Shown here piece after piece: positions 47,662-57,747 of a stretch of DNA of 64,000 nt. The stretch covers positions 346,243 through 410,242 of the forward strand of contig CAVPXV010000006.1 of NCBI GenBank assembly GCA_963709845.1. The letters run 5' to 3'. Both the position numbers and the translations under genes were made by a program. Numbering within the stretch: position 1 is the stretch's first letter; every line of letters starts with the position of its first letter. The notes beneath the pieces were generated by a model. The model was not told the origin of the DNA. It did no database searches and worked only from the letters and a program-made list of their open reading frames with translations. Origin of the DNA: an uncultured Thermoleophilia bacterium. Lineage in GTDB: Bacteria > Actinomycetota > Thermoleophilia > UBA2241.

Positions 47662-48002
47662 GGCTTCCGCCTCCCCAAGGTGCCGTTGTTCCCAACCGGA
47701 CCCGCGAGGGCCGCCCTACCGACCCCCATCGCAGCCACTCCGGACGATTCTACCCCGGAGCGCACGCCTCCAGCAGGCGTTGCCGCGACAGGTGCAGAGC
47801 CTCGTGCTGGCCCGTCTTCAGCCATACGTGCTGATCATGTTGGAGGTCTCGATGACGTGCCGGGCCCGCGAAGGTCGGCCCTGTGCAGCCCCTCCCCCGT
47901 AGGCGCCGACGCAGTGCGGACGCGTCCTGATGCGGGTCCCGACTGCCAGCGCCCATGCGCCAGGCCCACCACGCCCGCCGTCCCCTGGACCCCGGCGAGC
48001 CC

Positions 48003-48416
48003 TCAGCGGATGCCGCTGTCGTACGCGACCGTGACCTTGGAGGTTCTGTCGGCAACCACGGTCGCGTTCAACGATGCGGCATGAGGGAAGGGCCGACCCT
48101 TCGAGGAGCGCGGCACGAGCCGGTAGCTGCCGGCCTGGAGCCGCACAGAGAAGGTGCCATCGTTGCCCGACTGCACCGAGGCGACCACGTCACCCGCAAG
48201 CGTCTCGATGTCGATGGTCGCCGCATAGGGCCGGGTGTTGGCTGGGCCGCCGACCCGCTCGACCGGTGAGATAGGTCCCAGCGTGACCTTGCCATCGAGG
48301 AGTCCGCTCTGGCCGCCCGCCACGCCGCATGCCGCCAGAATAGCCGCCGCGACGATCGTGACGATGGCAAGCATCAGCGCCCGAAGCAACGATCCAAGAA
48401 TGCCAGTGCTCGTCAT
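48003..48416 (-). CDS. Hypothetical lipoprotein (carboxypeptidase regulatory-like beta-sandwich)
   Basis: Lipobox LAAC, GKVTLGPISPVE, DGTFSVRLQAGSY, YDSGIR. Confidence 0.75.
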   Translation of the reverse strand: MTSTGILGSLLRALMLAIVTIVAAAILAACGVAGGQSGLLDGKVTLGPISPVERVGGPANTRPYAATIDIETLAGDVVASVQSGNDGTFSVRLQAGSYRLVPRSSKGRPFPHAASLNATVVADRTSKVTVAYDSGIR

Positions 48417-48553
48417 GAGCCGCTCCGCCTCCAGCAAGGCGCCCTGCGCGCATCGCTAGTCGAGAGACGCACCACGCGCGGCGCCGTTCACTCTGGAGGG
48501 CATGACTCAGCGTCGTGACGACCCCTCCGTGCGGCTCTAGTCACCTCTCGTGC

Positions 48554-48680
48554 TACCCCAAGGTCGTCTCAGAGAGAGGACATGCGACGATCGCGATCAC
48601 GCTCGACACCTACCCGCACGCCATTCCAGCGTTGCAGGAAGAGGCGGCGGCGCTGATCGCCGGAGCTGGTGTTCGCCAGT
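48554..48680 (+). pseudogene. Tyrosine integrase C-terminal remnant
   Basis: YPKVVSERGHATIAITLDTYPHAIPALQEEAAALIAG, the LGH...Y box II with the Leu codon lost; no upstream domains. Confidence 0.8.
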
Positions 48681-48708
48681 CAGGGACTCTGACGCTCAGG
48701 AACCGGGC

Positions 48709-48939
48709 TCACGCTGCCGACGACGCCGCTCGGCCGTACCCGGCGAGCATGTTCGCCTCCTCGCGGAGGCGCCCATCGGTGTGTTCCTGGACGATCGTGG
48801 CGAGCTCGAGAAGCTGCGAGGCCAGCTCATGATGGCCGCCGTTCAGCACCTCCTCCTGGACTTTCCAGAGGTCTTTGACCGCGGCCTTGTACTTGCCTGC
48901 CTCGATCTCGCTGCGTGCCTTGTCAACATGAGACGACAT
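48709..48939 (-). CDS. Small hypothetical helical protein
   Basis: GGAGG RBS, MSSHVDKARSEIEAGKY..., 76 aa. Confidence 0.6.
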   Translation of the reverse strand: MSSHVDKARSEIEAGKYKAAVKDLWKVQEEVLNGGHHELASQLLELATIVQEHTDGRLREEANMLAGYGRAASSAA

Positions 48940-49083
48940 GATGGTCCTCCACTGCAGTCCCTGGCCTTTCACCGGCCCATATCCATTATCGAACCGGCCC
49001 CGAGCGAAGGACAGACCGACACCGTTGTTCGCACCTGCGCCCAACACTTGCTTCGACCCCGCTCTGTCCCTAACGTCGGAGCC

Positions 49084-50007
49084 ATGAGTGTCTCGACCAT
49101 CGTCGTTGCAGGCGCCACGGGCAATCTCGGCAGTCGCATCGCGAGATCTCTGGTTGAACGCGGAGCCACCGTGCGAGCGCTCGTCCGCCACGGCACGGCC
49201 CGCGACAGGATCGAGCGACTAGAAGAACTCGGCGCCGAGATCGCCAGTGTCGACTTGAACAACGCTGCGGAGGTGACACCCGCATGCACGGGCGCTTCCT
49301 GCGTGGTGTCCGCGCTGTCGGGCTTGCGGGACGTGATCGTGGAGACGCAGACACTGCTTCTCGACGCCGTGGTCAGGGCCGGCGTGCCCCGCTTCATCCC
49401 CTCCGACTACTCGATCGATTTCACCAGGTTCCCAGCCGGCGAGAACCGCAATCTCGATCTCCGCAGAGAGTTCCACGAGCGTCTGGACAGGGCGTCGATC
49501 GCCTCGACCACGGTCTTCAACGGTGCCTTCGCCGAACTGCTGACCGGTGAGATGCCGCTCATCCTCTTCAAGGTGAAGCGAGTTCTCTACTGGGGGGATG
49601 CGGACCAGCGCATGGACTTCACAGCGATGGACGACGCGGCCGCATTCACGGCCAACGCTGCCCTCGACCCGTCCACCCCTCGCTTTCTGCGCATCGCCGG
49701 CGATCGACTCAGCGCCCGGGAGCTGACAGCAGTCGTGAGCGACGTGACCGGAACGCGGTTCCGGCTGCTCCGCGCAGGAGGTCTGGGGACGTACTGCCAG
49801 CTCATCAAAGTCGCACGCACGGTCGCTCCCGGAGAGAGGGAACTCTACCCGGCGTGGCAGGGCATGCAGTACATGTGCGACATGTTCCGCGGCCACGCGA
49901 CGCTGGAGCCGCTCGATAACGGTCGCTATCCCGGCATGCGCTGGACGACTGTGCGGGACGTGCTCTCGCAGCGTCAAACCGGCGCGACGCCACCGCGGGC
50001 AGCGTAG
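49084..50007 (+). CDS. NmrA family NAD(P)-binding protein
   Basis: IVVAGATGNLGSRIA, AGVPRFIPSDYS. Confidence 0.9.
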   Translation: MSVSTIVVAGATGNLGSRIARSLVERGATVRALVRHGTARDRIERLEELGAEIASVDLNNAAEVTPACTGASCVVSALSGLRDVIVETQTLLLDAVVRAGVPRFIPSDYSIDFTRFPAGENRNLDLRREFHERLDRASIASTTVFNGAFAELLTGEMPLILFKVKRVLYWGDADQRMDFTAMDDAAAFTANAALDPSTPRFLRIAGDRLSARELTAVVSDVTGTRFRLLRAGGLGTYCQLIKVARTVAPGERELYPAWQGMQYMCDMFRGHATLEPLDNGRYPGMRWTTVRDVLSQRQTGATPPRAA

Positions 50008-50319
50008 CGCCGAGGTATCAGTCGTGGGGGCGGCTGAACGGCGGTGCAAGGTGGCCGCTGCAAGCGACGGCGCTAGCGGGATGAGCTCGCGGAATCAGTG
50101 GCGTGTCAGCATGGGCGGCCGTGCGAAACCGGGGGCCGGCCGCTGACGACGGGCAGGAGGCGGCTGCGCCCCCTCGAAACCTGCGCGCAGGCACCCAAGC
50201 GTTGGCGCCCGCCCGTGCCACCGCGACATGAGGCAACTTGAGGAGCCTGGTCCGGCTCTGATCGAGCGGACAAGCTGGCGGGATGGGGCCGTAGAGCCGG
50301 CCCCGATCTGGAGGGAGAG

Positions 50320-51147
50320 ATGCCGTGACGCCGTCGTACCGAGGAGATCACGCAGCGCAACATCGGTGTGTTCACGGCAGAGCGAGCAGGCGCGCATCCG
50401 GTCGCTCGTCGTGGCCATGGCCGGCTGCGGCGCATTCGGCGCGCCCGCGGCACACTACCTTGCCCGCCTGGGCGTCGGCGAGCTGCGACTCGCGGACCCT
50501 GAGGAGTTCGAAGCCTCCAACGTCAATCGCCAGTTCGCCGCCTACGTCGACACGATCGGTGTCAACAAGGCCGAGGCGGTGGCGGCCGAGCTGGCGCAGG
50601 ATCAACCCCGAGACTCGTGCGTCCGCACCTTCAGCGACGGGGGTCAACGAGAGCTCCATCGCGGAGCTGCTGGACGGGGCCGACGTGGTGGTCGACGGCC
50701 TCGACTTCTTCGAGCCTCGACGACCGAGCTCCTCCTGCATCGGGAGGCGGGCCGTCGCGGCCAGCGGGTCTGCGCGTGCCAGGGCGTGGCGGAGATCACC
50801 ACGGCGACGTGCTTCGACCCGTCGCGGGCGGCCCTGGAAGACATGGTCTGCGACGAGGGCCGCCCGTCGGTCGCCAAGGCGATCGAGCTCGTTCTTCCCG
50901 GTGCTCCCCAAGGCAACGACGCCTGAGCTGCTCGCCCAGCGCTATCGCCGGCGAGCTGCCGTGCGTCCCCTCCGACGTTACCGCGCGCCGCCTTCGGGGG
51001 CGCGCTTCCTGGTCGAGGACATCCTCCGCATAGCCGTCCGCCGACCTGCCGCCGCATGCGGTGGCCCCCGACCTCTACGTCCTCGATGAGGACGACCTCT
51101 GGCTGCGCTTCTGGGATGCGCGCCACGGCGCCTGGTCGAGCAGGTAG
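50320..51147 (+). CDS. ThiF/MoeB family adenylyltransferase (multiple frameshifts)
   Basis: RNIGVF, AMAGCGAFG, LADPEEFEASNVNRQ, GVNKAE, DVVVDGLDFF, pieced across three frames. Confidence 0.82.
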
Positions 51148-51196
51148 CGGACGTCCGGCTCGTTCGTGCGAAGCTCACGTCTCCCGGCTGGTTTGC

Positions 51197-51204
51197 GCCG
51201 ATAA
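51197..51204 (+). promoter_or_regulatory. Sigma28-like -10 box upstream of the N-acyltransferase
   Basis: GCCGATAA about 60 nt before GTG; -35 poor, region error-rich. Confidence 0.35.
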
Positions 51205-51261
51205 ATGTCTCCAGCACGCCCATAGTGGGCGGAGCGGTGATCGACATCGGGAGCGTGCTCC

Positions 51262-51910
51262 GTGCGGATCGTGCGAGTGACGGACGAGAAGGAACTGGTC
51301 CGGCTCTTCGCCTTTCGCTACCGCATCTTCGTCGAGGAACTGGGGTGGATGGCGCGCAAGGATCGAGGCGCTCACATCCTGGTGGACGAGTTCGACCGCG
51401 ACGCGGCCAACTACGCCGCCTACGACCGCTCGACGGCGAGGTCGTCGGGAGCCTGCGGGCCGTCCCCGACGGCCCCCTGGGCCTGCCCCTCGAGCGCTGC
51501 CAGGTCCTGGACGGGTACCGCGACGACAAGACGGCTGGTCGAGCTGTCACGACTGGCCGTGGCGCCCGTCGTGGCGCTGCACCATGCTGGCGGCGCCGCT
51601 GATGAAGGCGGGCTACCAGTGCGCCGAGCCGCATGGGCGCGACGCACATCGTCCTCGACACCTACATCGGCAATGGCACTGCGCTCCGAGCGCCTCTACA
51701 TCAAGCTCGGGTTCGAGCAGCTGACCGAGCCCGTACCCGGACCCGGACTACCTGTGGAAGCAAGGGGTGGTGACCTTCGCCCTCGACTGCGAAGCGCGCC
51801 AGGCGCGACTGGCCCAGCCAGCGCCCCGGTCTGCTACCACTTCTTCACCGCCGAGGACGACCGCATCGACCACGGCGCCGCCGCCCGGGCTGTGGCCGTA
51901 CTGCGGCCCG
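51262..51910 (+). CDS. FeeM/LuxI-like GNAT N-acyltransferase (multiple frameshifts; end approximate)
   Basis: [15 protein letters not shown]...DEFD...[18 protein letters not shown]...[11 protein letters not shown]...LYIKLGF. Confidence 0.78.
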
Positions 51911-51967
51911 AACTGGCCGGAGCGACGTCCGGCGGCACGGGTCGACTGGCAGCGCCGCGGCTGTCGG

Positions 51968-54718
51968 TCAGCTCGAGCCGCTGCAGCAGCTCCGTCAGGA
52001 GCTCGGCGAGGCGCGCCGCGTCGACGGGTCGTGACGAGTAGAACCCCTGACCCAGCTTGCAGCCCAGGGCCCGCAGCTCGAGCATCTGCGCCTCCTGCTC
52101 GATGCCTTCGGCTACGACCTCGAGCCGGAGCGTGTCGCCGAGGGTGATGATGGCTCGCGCCAGGGCGGAATGGTCGTCGCCCTCGGCGACGTGGTCCACG
52201 AAGGGCTTGGCGATCTTGACGGCGTCGACGGGGAACTGGCGGAGGTAGCTCAGCGACGAGTAGCCGGTGCCGAAGTCGTCGATCGACAGCCGGATCCCCA
52301 GCGTCTTGAGCTCCCGCAGACGCGCCAGCGTCGCGTAGCTGTCTTCCACGAGCGCCGTCTCCGTGATCTCCAGCGTGAGCCGGTCGGGATCGATGCCCGG
52401 ATGTCGCCAGCGCCTCGCTGGACCTTGGAGACCAGGAGCGGGTCCTTGAGCTGCCGGGGGGAGAGATTGACGGCCATCCGCAGGGAGGTCAATCCCAGCT
52501 CGCTCGTCCCACGCGGCGAGTTGGCGACACGCCTGCGCGAGGACGTAGTCCCCGATCGGGACGATGAGCCCCTTCTCTTCGGCGACCTGGATGAAGGAGC
52601 CCGGAGGCAGCAAGCCCTCGCGCGAGGATGCGCCCAGCGCACGAGGGCTTCGCGAGCCGACGATCCGCTGCGTGGCGATCTCGACGATCGGCTGGTAGAA
52701 GACCACGAACTCGTCGCGCTCGACAGCTTGGCGGAGCTCGTTGGCCAGCTCCAGCTGCTCGTAGACCGCCTCCTGCATCGCCGGCTCGAAGACCTCGAGG
52801 CGATTCTTGCCGTGCGCCTTGGCAGAGTACATGGCCACGTCGGCGTCGCGCAGCAGCTCCTGCGCCGAAGTGTGAGAGCCGTCCGAGACGGCGACGCCGA
52901 TGCTCACCGAGACCGAGAGCTCCGCCGCCTCGAGCGCGAAGCTCTCAGTCGAAGAGTCCGAGGGTTCGCTCGGCCACCCGGCACGCCTCGGCAAGGTCGG
53001 TCGCTCCTTCGAGGAGGATCGCGAACTCGTCCCCTCCGAGCCGCGCCGCCGTGTCACTCGACCCTGAGCACGCCGCGTCGAGCCGCTCCGCCACCTGCAC
53101 GAGGAGGTTGTCGCCGAGCACGTGCCCGTAGCTGTCATTGACGAGCTTGAAGTCGTCGATGTCCATGAACAACACGGCGACCTTCGATGCCCGTCCTCGC
53201 GGCGCGCGACAGAGCGTGCTCCACGCGATCCTTGAACAGGACCCGGTTCGCGAGGCCGGTAAGGGCGTCGTGGAACGCTTGATGCTCGAGCTCGTTCTGG
53301 AAGCGCACCCGCTCGCCGACGTCTCGCGACGTGAAGACGAGGCTGTGGACGTGCGGGATCGTCGAGGAGGTTCGCGACCACCGTCTCTGTGAAATGCCAC
53401 ATCCCTTCGTGGTCACACAGGCGCCATTCGCCGCGGGCACTGCTGCCGATCTGGCTCGGCGCACCGCGAGACAAGAGAGAGCATGGAAGGCAGGTCATCG
53501 GGGTGTACGAGGTCGCGGAGCTTGCGCTCGTTGAGGTCGTCGGGCGCGTAGCCGAGGACGCTTTCGGCGGATGGGGTGCAGTAAAGGATGCGACGTGTCT
53601 GGGTCGGTCACGAAGATGGTGTCCGAGGAGTTGGTCACGAGTGAACGAAAGCGCTCCTCCGTCTCCTGTGAACCTTTGAGCTCGTGCAAGGTGCCGCTCT
53701 CGCGGAGGGCCAGAAGCCTGCCTCGCCAGGAGCAGCGGCGTCACCGCCACAGCGGCGAACACCATGACGCCGAGCGGGGTGTTGACGATGCCTCTGGCGG
53801 CGACCAGGAGGATCCCGAACCCGGCGAGGGCTGCCAGGTAGGCCACGAGGTAAGCAAACAGGTTGGGGACCGCGATCTCGCGCGCGGGGCCGTCCTGCGA
53901 CTTCCTGCGCAGCCGGATGTACCCGGCCCAGGCGACCAAGATCCACGTCAGGGCGGCCATACAGTTCAGCAAGGCGGTGTTGTTGGCGCTGCCGCCGTTG
54001 AAGCGTCTCGTAGCTGAAGAGGAGGTCGACGGCGATCTGGATGATCAGCGCCGCGACAAGAGCAGCGATGCTCGCGTCGCGCGGCAGTGAGCGCCTGCGA
54101 ATCACCACCCACATGAGGCCGAAGACGAGAAGCAGGTCGCCCAGCGGATAGGCGGCTGCGACGAGCTGTGCCGCCAGGCCATCCTGTCCTCGACTCAAGG
54201 GTGGGGATGATGAGCGTGTAGGCGACGATCATGCCCGCCACCAAAGAGCACCGCTACCGCATCGAGCGCGAAGCCGACTGCCTCGGCCCGCGTGGCCACC
54301 GCCCTCGGGAACTGCATCAACCCCGCGGCGACGAGTGGGTAGAGGGCCAGGAAGAAGACGTCGGCCCATGAGGGCGACGGTACCTGCCAAGAATGGCGCC
54401 GTAGACGATTGAGACCAGGCTTCCCAGAAGGGCGGCGAACAGACCCGCGCTGACCAGGAGCCAGGGCCGGCGCCACCTCCCTGGCTGCGCGAGCGCCGAC
54501 CTGAAGAACAGCAGGTTTGCGACGAGGATGAGCGCCTCGAAGTTGACGTAGTCGAAGATCTCGCGGCCGGCGATCGTCCACCAACCTAGGACGCTGGCGA
54601 GGATGTAAAGGCCGCCAATCGCATTGGCAGCCACCAGAAGGAGCCGAGGGGCGTCCCACTTCAGCACCTGTCGTTCCAGCGTCATGGGATGGCGCAGGGC
54701 TGTAGGCGCTTCGGTCAT
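51968..54718 (-). CDS. Membrane sensor PAS-GGDEF-EAL protein (multiple frameshifts; end approximate)
   Basis: TM block ([24 protein letters not shown]), [55 protein letters not shown]. Confidence 0.88.
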
Positions 54719-54787
54719 TAGTCCATCCCGCTCTCCCCGATTTGACCCGGCGCACAGCCTCAGTGCTGAGGGTCGGCCGCCAGAGGA

Positions 54788-54815
54788 TTATCGGCACGCC
54801 GGGACGTCGTCTTGA
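54788..54815 (-). promoter_or_regulatory. Sigma28 (FliA/WhiG)-like promoter
   Basis: TCAA-N16-GCCGATAA about 70 nt upstream of the GGDEF-EAL start. Confidence 0.6.
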
Positions 54816-54834
54816 ATTCGTGCCGGCGGCGCGC

Positions 54835-56160
54835 TTAGTCCGGCTCGTCGTCCCCTTCCGCTCGAGCCGCCCGGGCCTCTTGCGGCGGAGCCGTAGCCTT
54901 GGAGGAGTCCAGACTAGCCTCTGGGACGCGGATCCTGTGCCACTCGCGGCGCAAGATGGGGGCGGTCACGGCTATTCCTGCCATGGCCACCGCCCCGGCG
55001 ACCGCGAAGAAGCCCCCGCCGATCCGCTCGTACAGCAGCGGAGCCGACGCGGTGCCGATGAATGCTGCCAGCTGAGTCGCCGTCTGTTCCGCGCCTTGGA
55101 CGCTGCCCAGCCAGCGGCTGATACTGACCTGCACGAGGAAGGCCTGTTTGGCGGGGAAGGCGAAGGCGAAGGCGAGGCCGTCTATGGGCAGGAGAAGGAG
55201 GAAGATCGTGGGGTCGTGCAGCAGCGGCACCAGCAGCCAGCAGACCGCCTGGATGCCGAAGCCAGCGAACATCAGCGCGAAGCGGCTGTGTCTGTCGGCG
55301 ACGCGACCGCCGATGAACGAGAGCAGGAGCGGCGCGCTGAACACTACCCAGGTGAGTCCGATGACCGTGATCGACGCCCCGAGGTCACGCAGGTAGATGC
55401 TCCACAAGACCTCGAAACCGCCCATGGCGTACTGCGCCGTTGCGACGACGAGGATGATGGCCACGACGGGACGGCTCAGCACCGACCGCCAGGGCGCCCG
55501 TTCTCGTTCCCTGGCTCTCGCCTTCCCCGCCGTGGCGGGCTCTCGCAGGAAGAGCGAAAGCGCCACCGCCGACGCAACCGTGAGCAGGCTCCCGAAGAGG
55601 AAGATCGCGTAGAACGCTCGGGTCCCATGTCCACCCCCCAGCGCATAGATGGGCCAGGCCATTGCCGGACCGACGATCAGCCCCCCGTACTGCGCCGTGG
55701 TCAGCCACCCATAGGCCCTGCTGCGGTTCTCATTCGATGTGATCTCAGCGACGAACGCCTGCGCCGCGGGTACGACCGCCGCCGCGCCGATGCCCTCGAG
55801 CACACGGAAGGCGACGAACCACCAGGGGTCTGTGGTCGTCAGGAAGAGAAGCGTCGACAGCGCGAAGAGCAGGGTCCCGCCGACCATCATCGGCTTGCGC
55901 CCGATTCGGTCGCTCAGCCGCCCCGCCGGCACAGAGAACGCGAAGACCGCGAGGAAGTAGGCGCTGGCGATGACGCCCACCATGGTGACTGAGGCGTGGG
56001 CGTTCTCGCGCAGGAAGACCGGCAGGTAGGGGTAGATCGTCCCAGACCCGAGCCACACGAAGAAGTCGGTGACGCAGACGAGGGCGAGCTGCCGTCGCGC
56101 GGACGGAACCATGCCGCCCGGCTCGAGGTCTACGGTTGGTCCTGTGGAGACACTCCGCAT
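54835..56160 (-). CDS. MFS transporter (DHA1-like); start may be 56112
   Basis: GRLSDRIGRK motif A, FRVLEGIG, about 12 TM helices. Confidence 0.9.
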   Translation of the reverse strand: MRSVSTGPTVDLEPGGMVPSARRQLALVCVTDFFVWLGSGTIYPYLPVFLRENAHASVTMVGVIASAYFLAVFAFSVPAGRLSDRIGRKPMMVGGTLLFALSTLLFLTTTDPWWFVAFRVLEGIGAAAVVPAAQAFVAEITSNENRSRAYGWLTTAQYGGLIVGPAMAWPIYALGGGHGTRAFYAIFLFGSLLTVASAVALSLFLREPATAGKARARERERAPWRSVLSRPVVAIILVVATAQYAMGGFEVLWSIYLRDLGASITVIGLTWVVFSAPLLLSFIGGRVADRHSRFALMFAGFGIQAVCWLLVPLLHDPTIFLLLLPIDGLAFAFAFPAKQAFLVQVSISRWLGSVQGAEQTATQLAAFIGTASAPLLYERIGGGFFAVAGAVAMAGIAVTAPILRREWHRIRVPEASLDSSKATAPPQEARAARAEGDDEPD

Positions 56161-56513
56161 GCGGCTCCAAGGTCGAATGTCGCGAGGCACGTTCCAGCAG
56201 ACGATACGTGCGCCGGTCTGCCAAGCCAAGCGCGAGGCTGGAGGTCTTGATGATCTATCCCGTCCGCAGAAGCTGACTCTCTGCAGGGCTTCTTTCTGAG
56301 CTGCCGACGCCACGCCGACGCGCCGAGGCGCTGACCTTCATCGCTTGCCCGTTTCACCTGGAGTCCAGCACGAGCGGCGGAGTTCGCCTGAGCGCCACCA
56401 AACGCGCTCGCGCTAGGTATATCGCCGTGCGGCCGTTTATCTTATGAGACGCTCTGGTGGCCCATCGCGGCGCTCGGGGCGATTGCCCTGGCATCCGACA
56501 GGACGGTGAGCTT

Positions 56514-57689
56514 GTGAGACTCCTCGCATTCGCCTTGGCCGTGGCGTCGCTGACGGGAGTGCTGCTGTCTTCGTGTCTCGCGGCGGCACAGCCGCTACCA
56601 ACGACGTCCGGTGAGCTGTCGCTGCCCGAGGCCCCGACGGCGACCTCGGGCACGGCACAGGTGCTCTCCGGGACCGCTGGCCCCGACGTCATCACAATCC
56701 ACCAGAACGTCGATGGGTCCCTGACCGTCACGGCCAACGGCCTTCCTCAGACCGTGGCAGCCGCAGACGTGCCGAGGCTCGTCGTCGACGCCGGAGCGGG
56801 AAGCGACAGGATCACGGTCGACGCCAGCGTGACCGCGAGCCTGACGATCTTCGGCGGTGCCGGCAACGACGTCATCGTCGATCGTGGCTCCGGCACCGCC
56901 TATATCGACGGCGGGCCCGGCAACGACACGATCACCGGCGGGACCGGCTTGGGCATGCTGTTCGGCGGAGCCGGCGCCGACAGGCTCACGCTTCGCGGCC
57001 CCTCGGGCTTGATGGCAGGCGGACCTGGCGCCGACCAGTACGCCGGAGGCTCCAGCAGCTCCAGAGTCTTCGCGCAGCGGGGCGAGACGCTCACCTCACC
57101 GGGGCGAGTCACGATCGTCTCCCTGAGCTCGAAAGACGCGAGTGGCCATGCCCCCGGGTACGTGCTGCACGTCACCGGCAGCACCGCGTTCCGCCAGCGC
57201 GTCGCCTCCGACGTCACGTCGCTCCTCTCCCTTCCGAACGGGCGCAAGCTGCTCACCGCCCTCGACAACGCCGGCCGCGCCGTCAGCGTGACGGCGACGA
57301 CCGCCGGCAACCAGACGACGATCCTCAACTCCGCTGCAGCGTTCCTGAGAGCCGGCGGCAGCCACGGCACCGGCTCGGCGACTGTCGTGTCCTACAACGC
57401 CTATGAGACGACCATCGAGGGCGACACGCAGGTCTGGCAGCGCCGACCGCCGCTCGTCGGCCTGTACCACGAACTCGTCCACGCGCTGAACGCCGCCACC
57501 GGGACCATGCAGCCCGGCAAGAGCGTCACCGGTGTACAGAAGCTGGAGCTCCAGGCGATCGGCCTGCCTCTCAAAGGCATCGCCTTCCGCTGGAGCCCGC
57601 AGGCGCCGGCGGGCGCCGCCAACCCGGCCGTCTTCACGGAGAACGGATTCCGCGCCCTTCTCGGAATCGCCCGCAGGACCGCCTACTGA
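56514..57689 (+). CDS. Secreted protein with RTX-like Ca-binding repeats and an M91-family zinc metallopeptidase domain
   Basis: Signal peptide; GGAGND, GGPGND, GGAGAD, GGPGAD; LYHELVHA HExxH, ELQAIGL, TENGFRALLG..RTAY. Confidence 0.8.
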   Translation: MRLLAFALAVASLTGVLLSSCLAAAQPLPTTSGELSLPEAPTATSGTAQVLSGTAGPDVITIHQNVDGSLTVTANGLPQTVAAADVPRLVVDAGAGSDRITVDASVTASLTIFGGAGNDVIVDRGSGTAYIDGGPGNDTITGGTGLGMLFGGAGADRLTLRGPSGLMAGGPGADQYAGGSSSSRVFAQRGETLTSPGRVTIVSLSSKDASGHAPGYVLHVTGSTAFRQRVASDVTSLLSLPNGRKLLTALDNAGRAVSVTATTAGNQTTILNSAAAFLRAGGSHGTGSATVVSYNAYETTIEGDTQVWQRRPPLVGLYHELVHALNAATGTMQPGKSVTGVQKLELQAIGLPLKGIAFRWSPQAPAGAANPAVFTENGFRALLGIARRTAY

Positions 57690-57747
57690 CAGAGGGCAGC
57701 CGATGAGGCCAAGCTCGCGGACCGTCTGCGAACGCGGGCGGCGCCGC

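Noticed and set aside
50320-51147. ThiF as a CBASS/ubiquitin-like defence E1 or RiPP enzyme
   Set aside because: No E2, JAB, CD-NTase, ubiquitin-like or precursor-peptide gene adjacent; the neighbour is an N-acyltransferase
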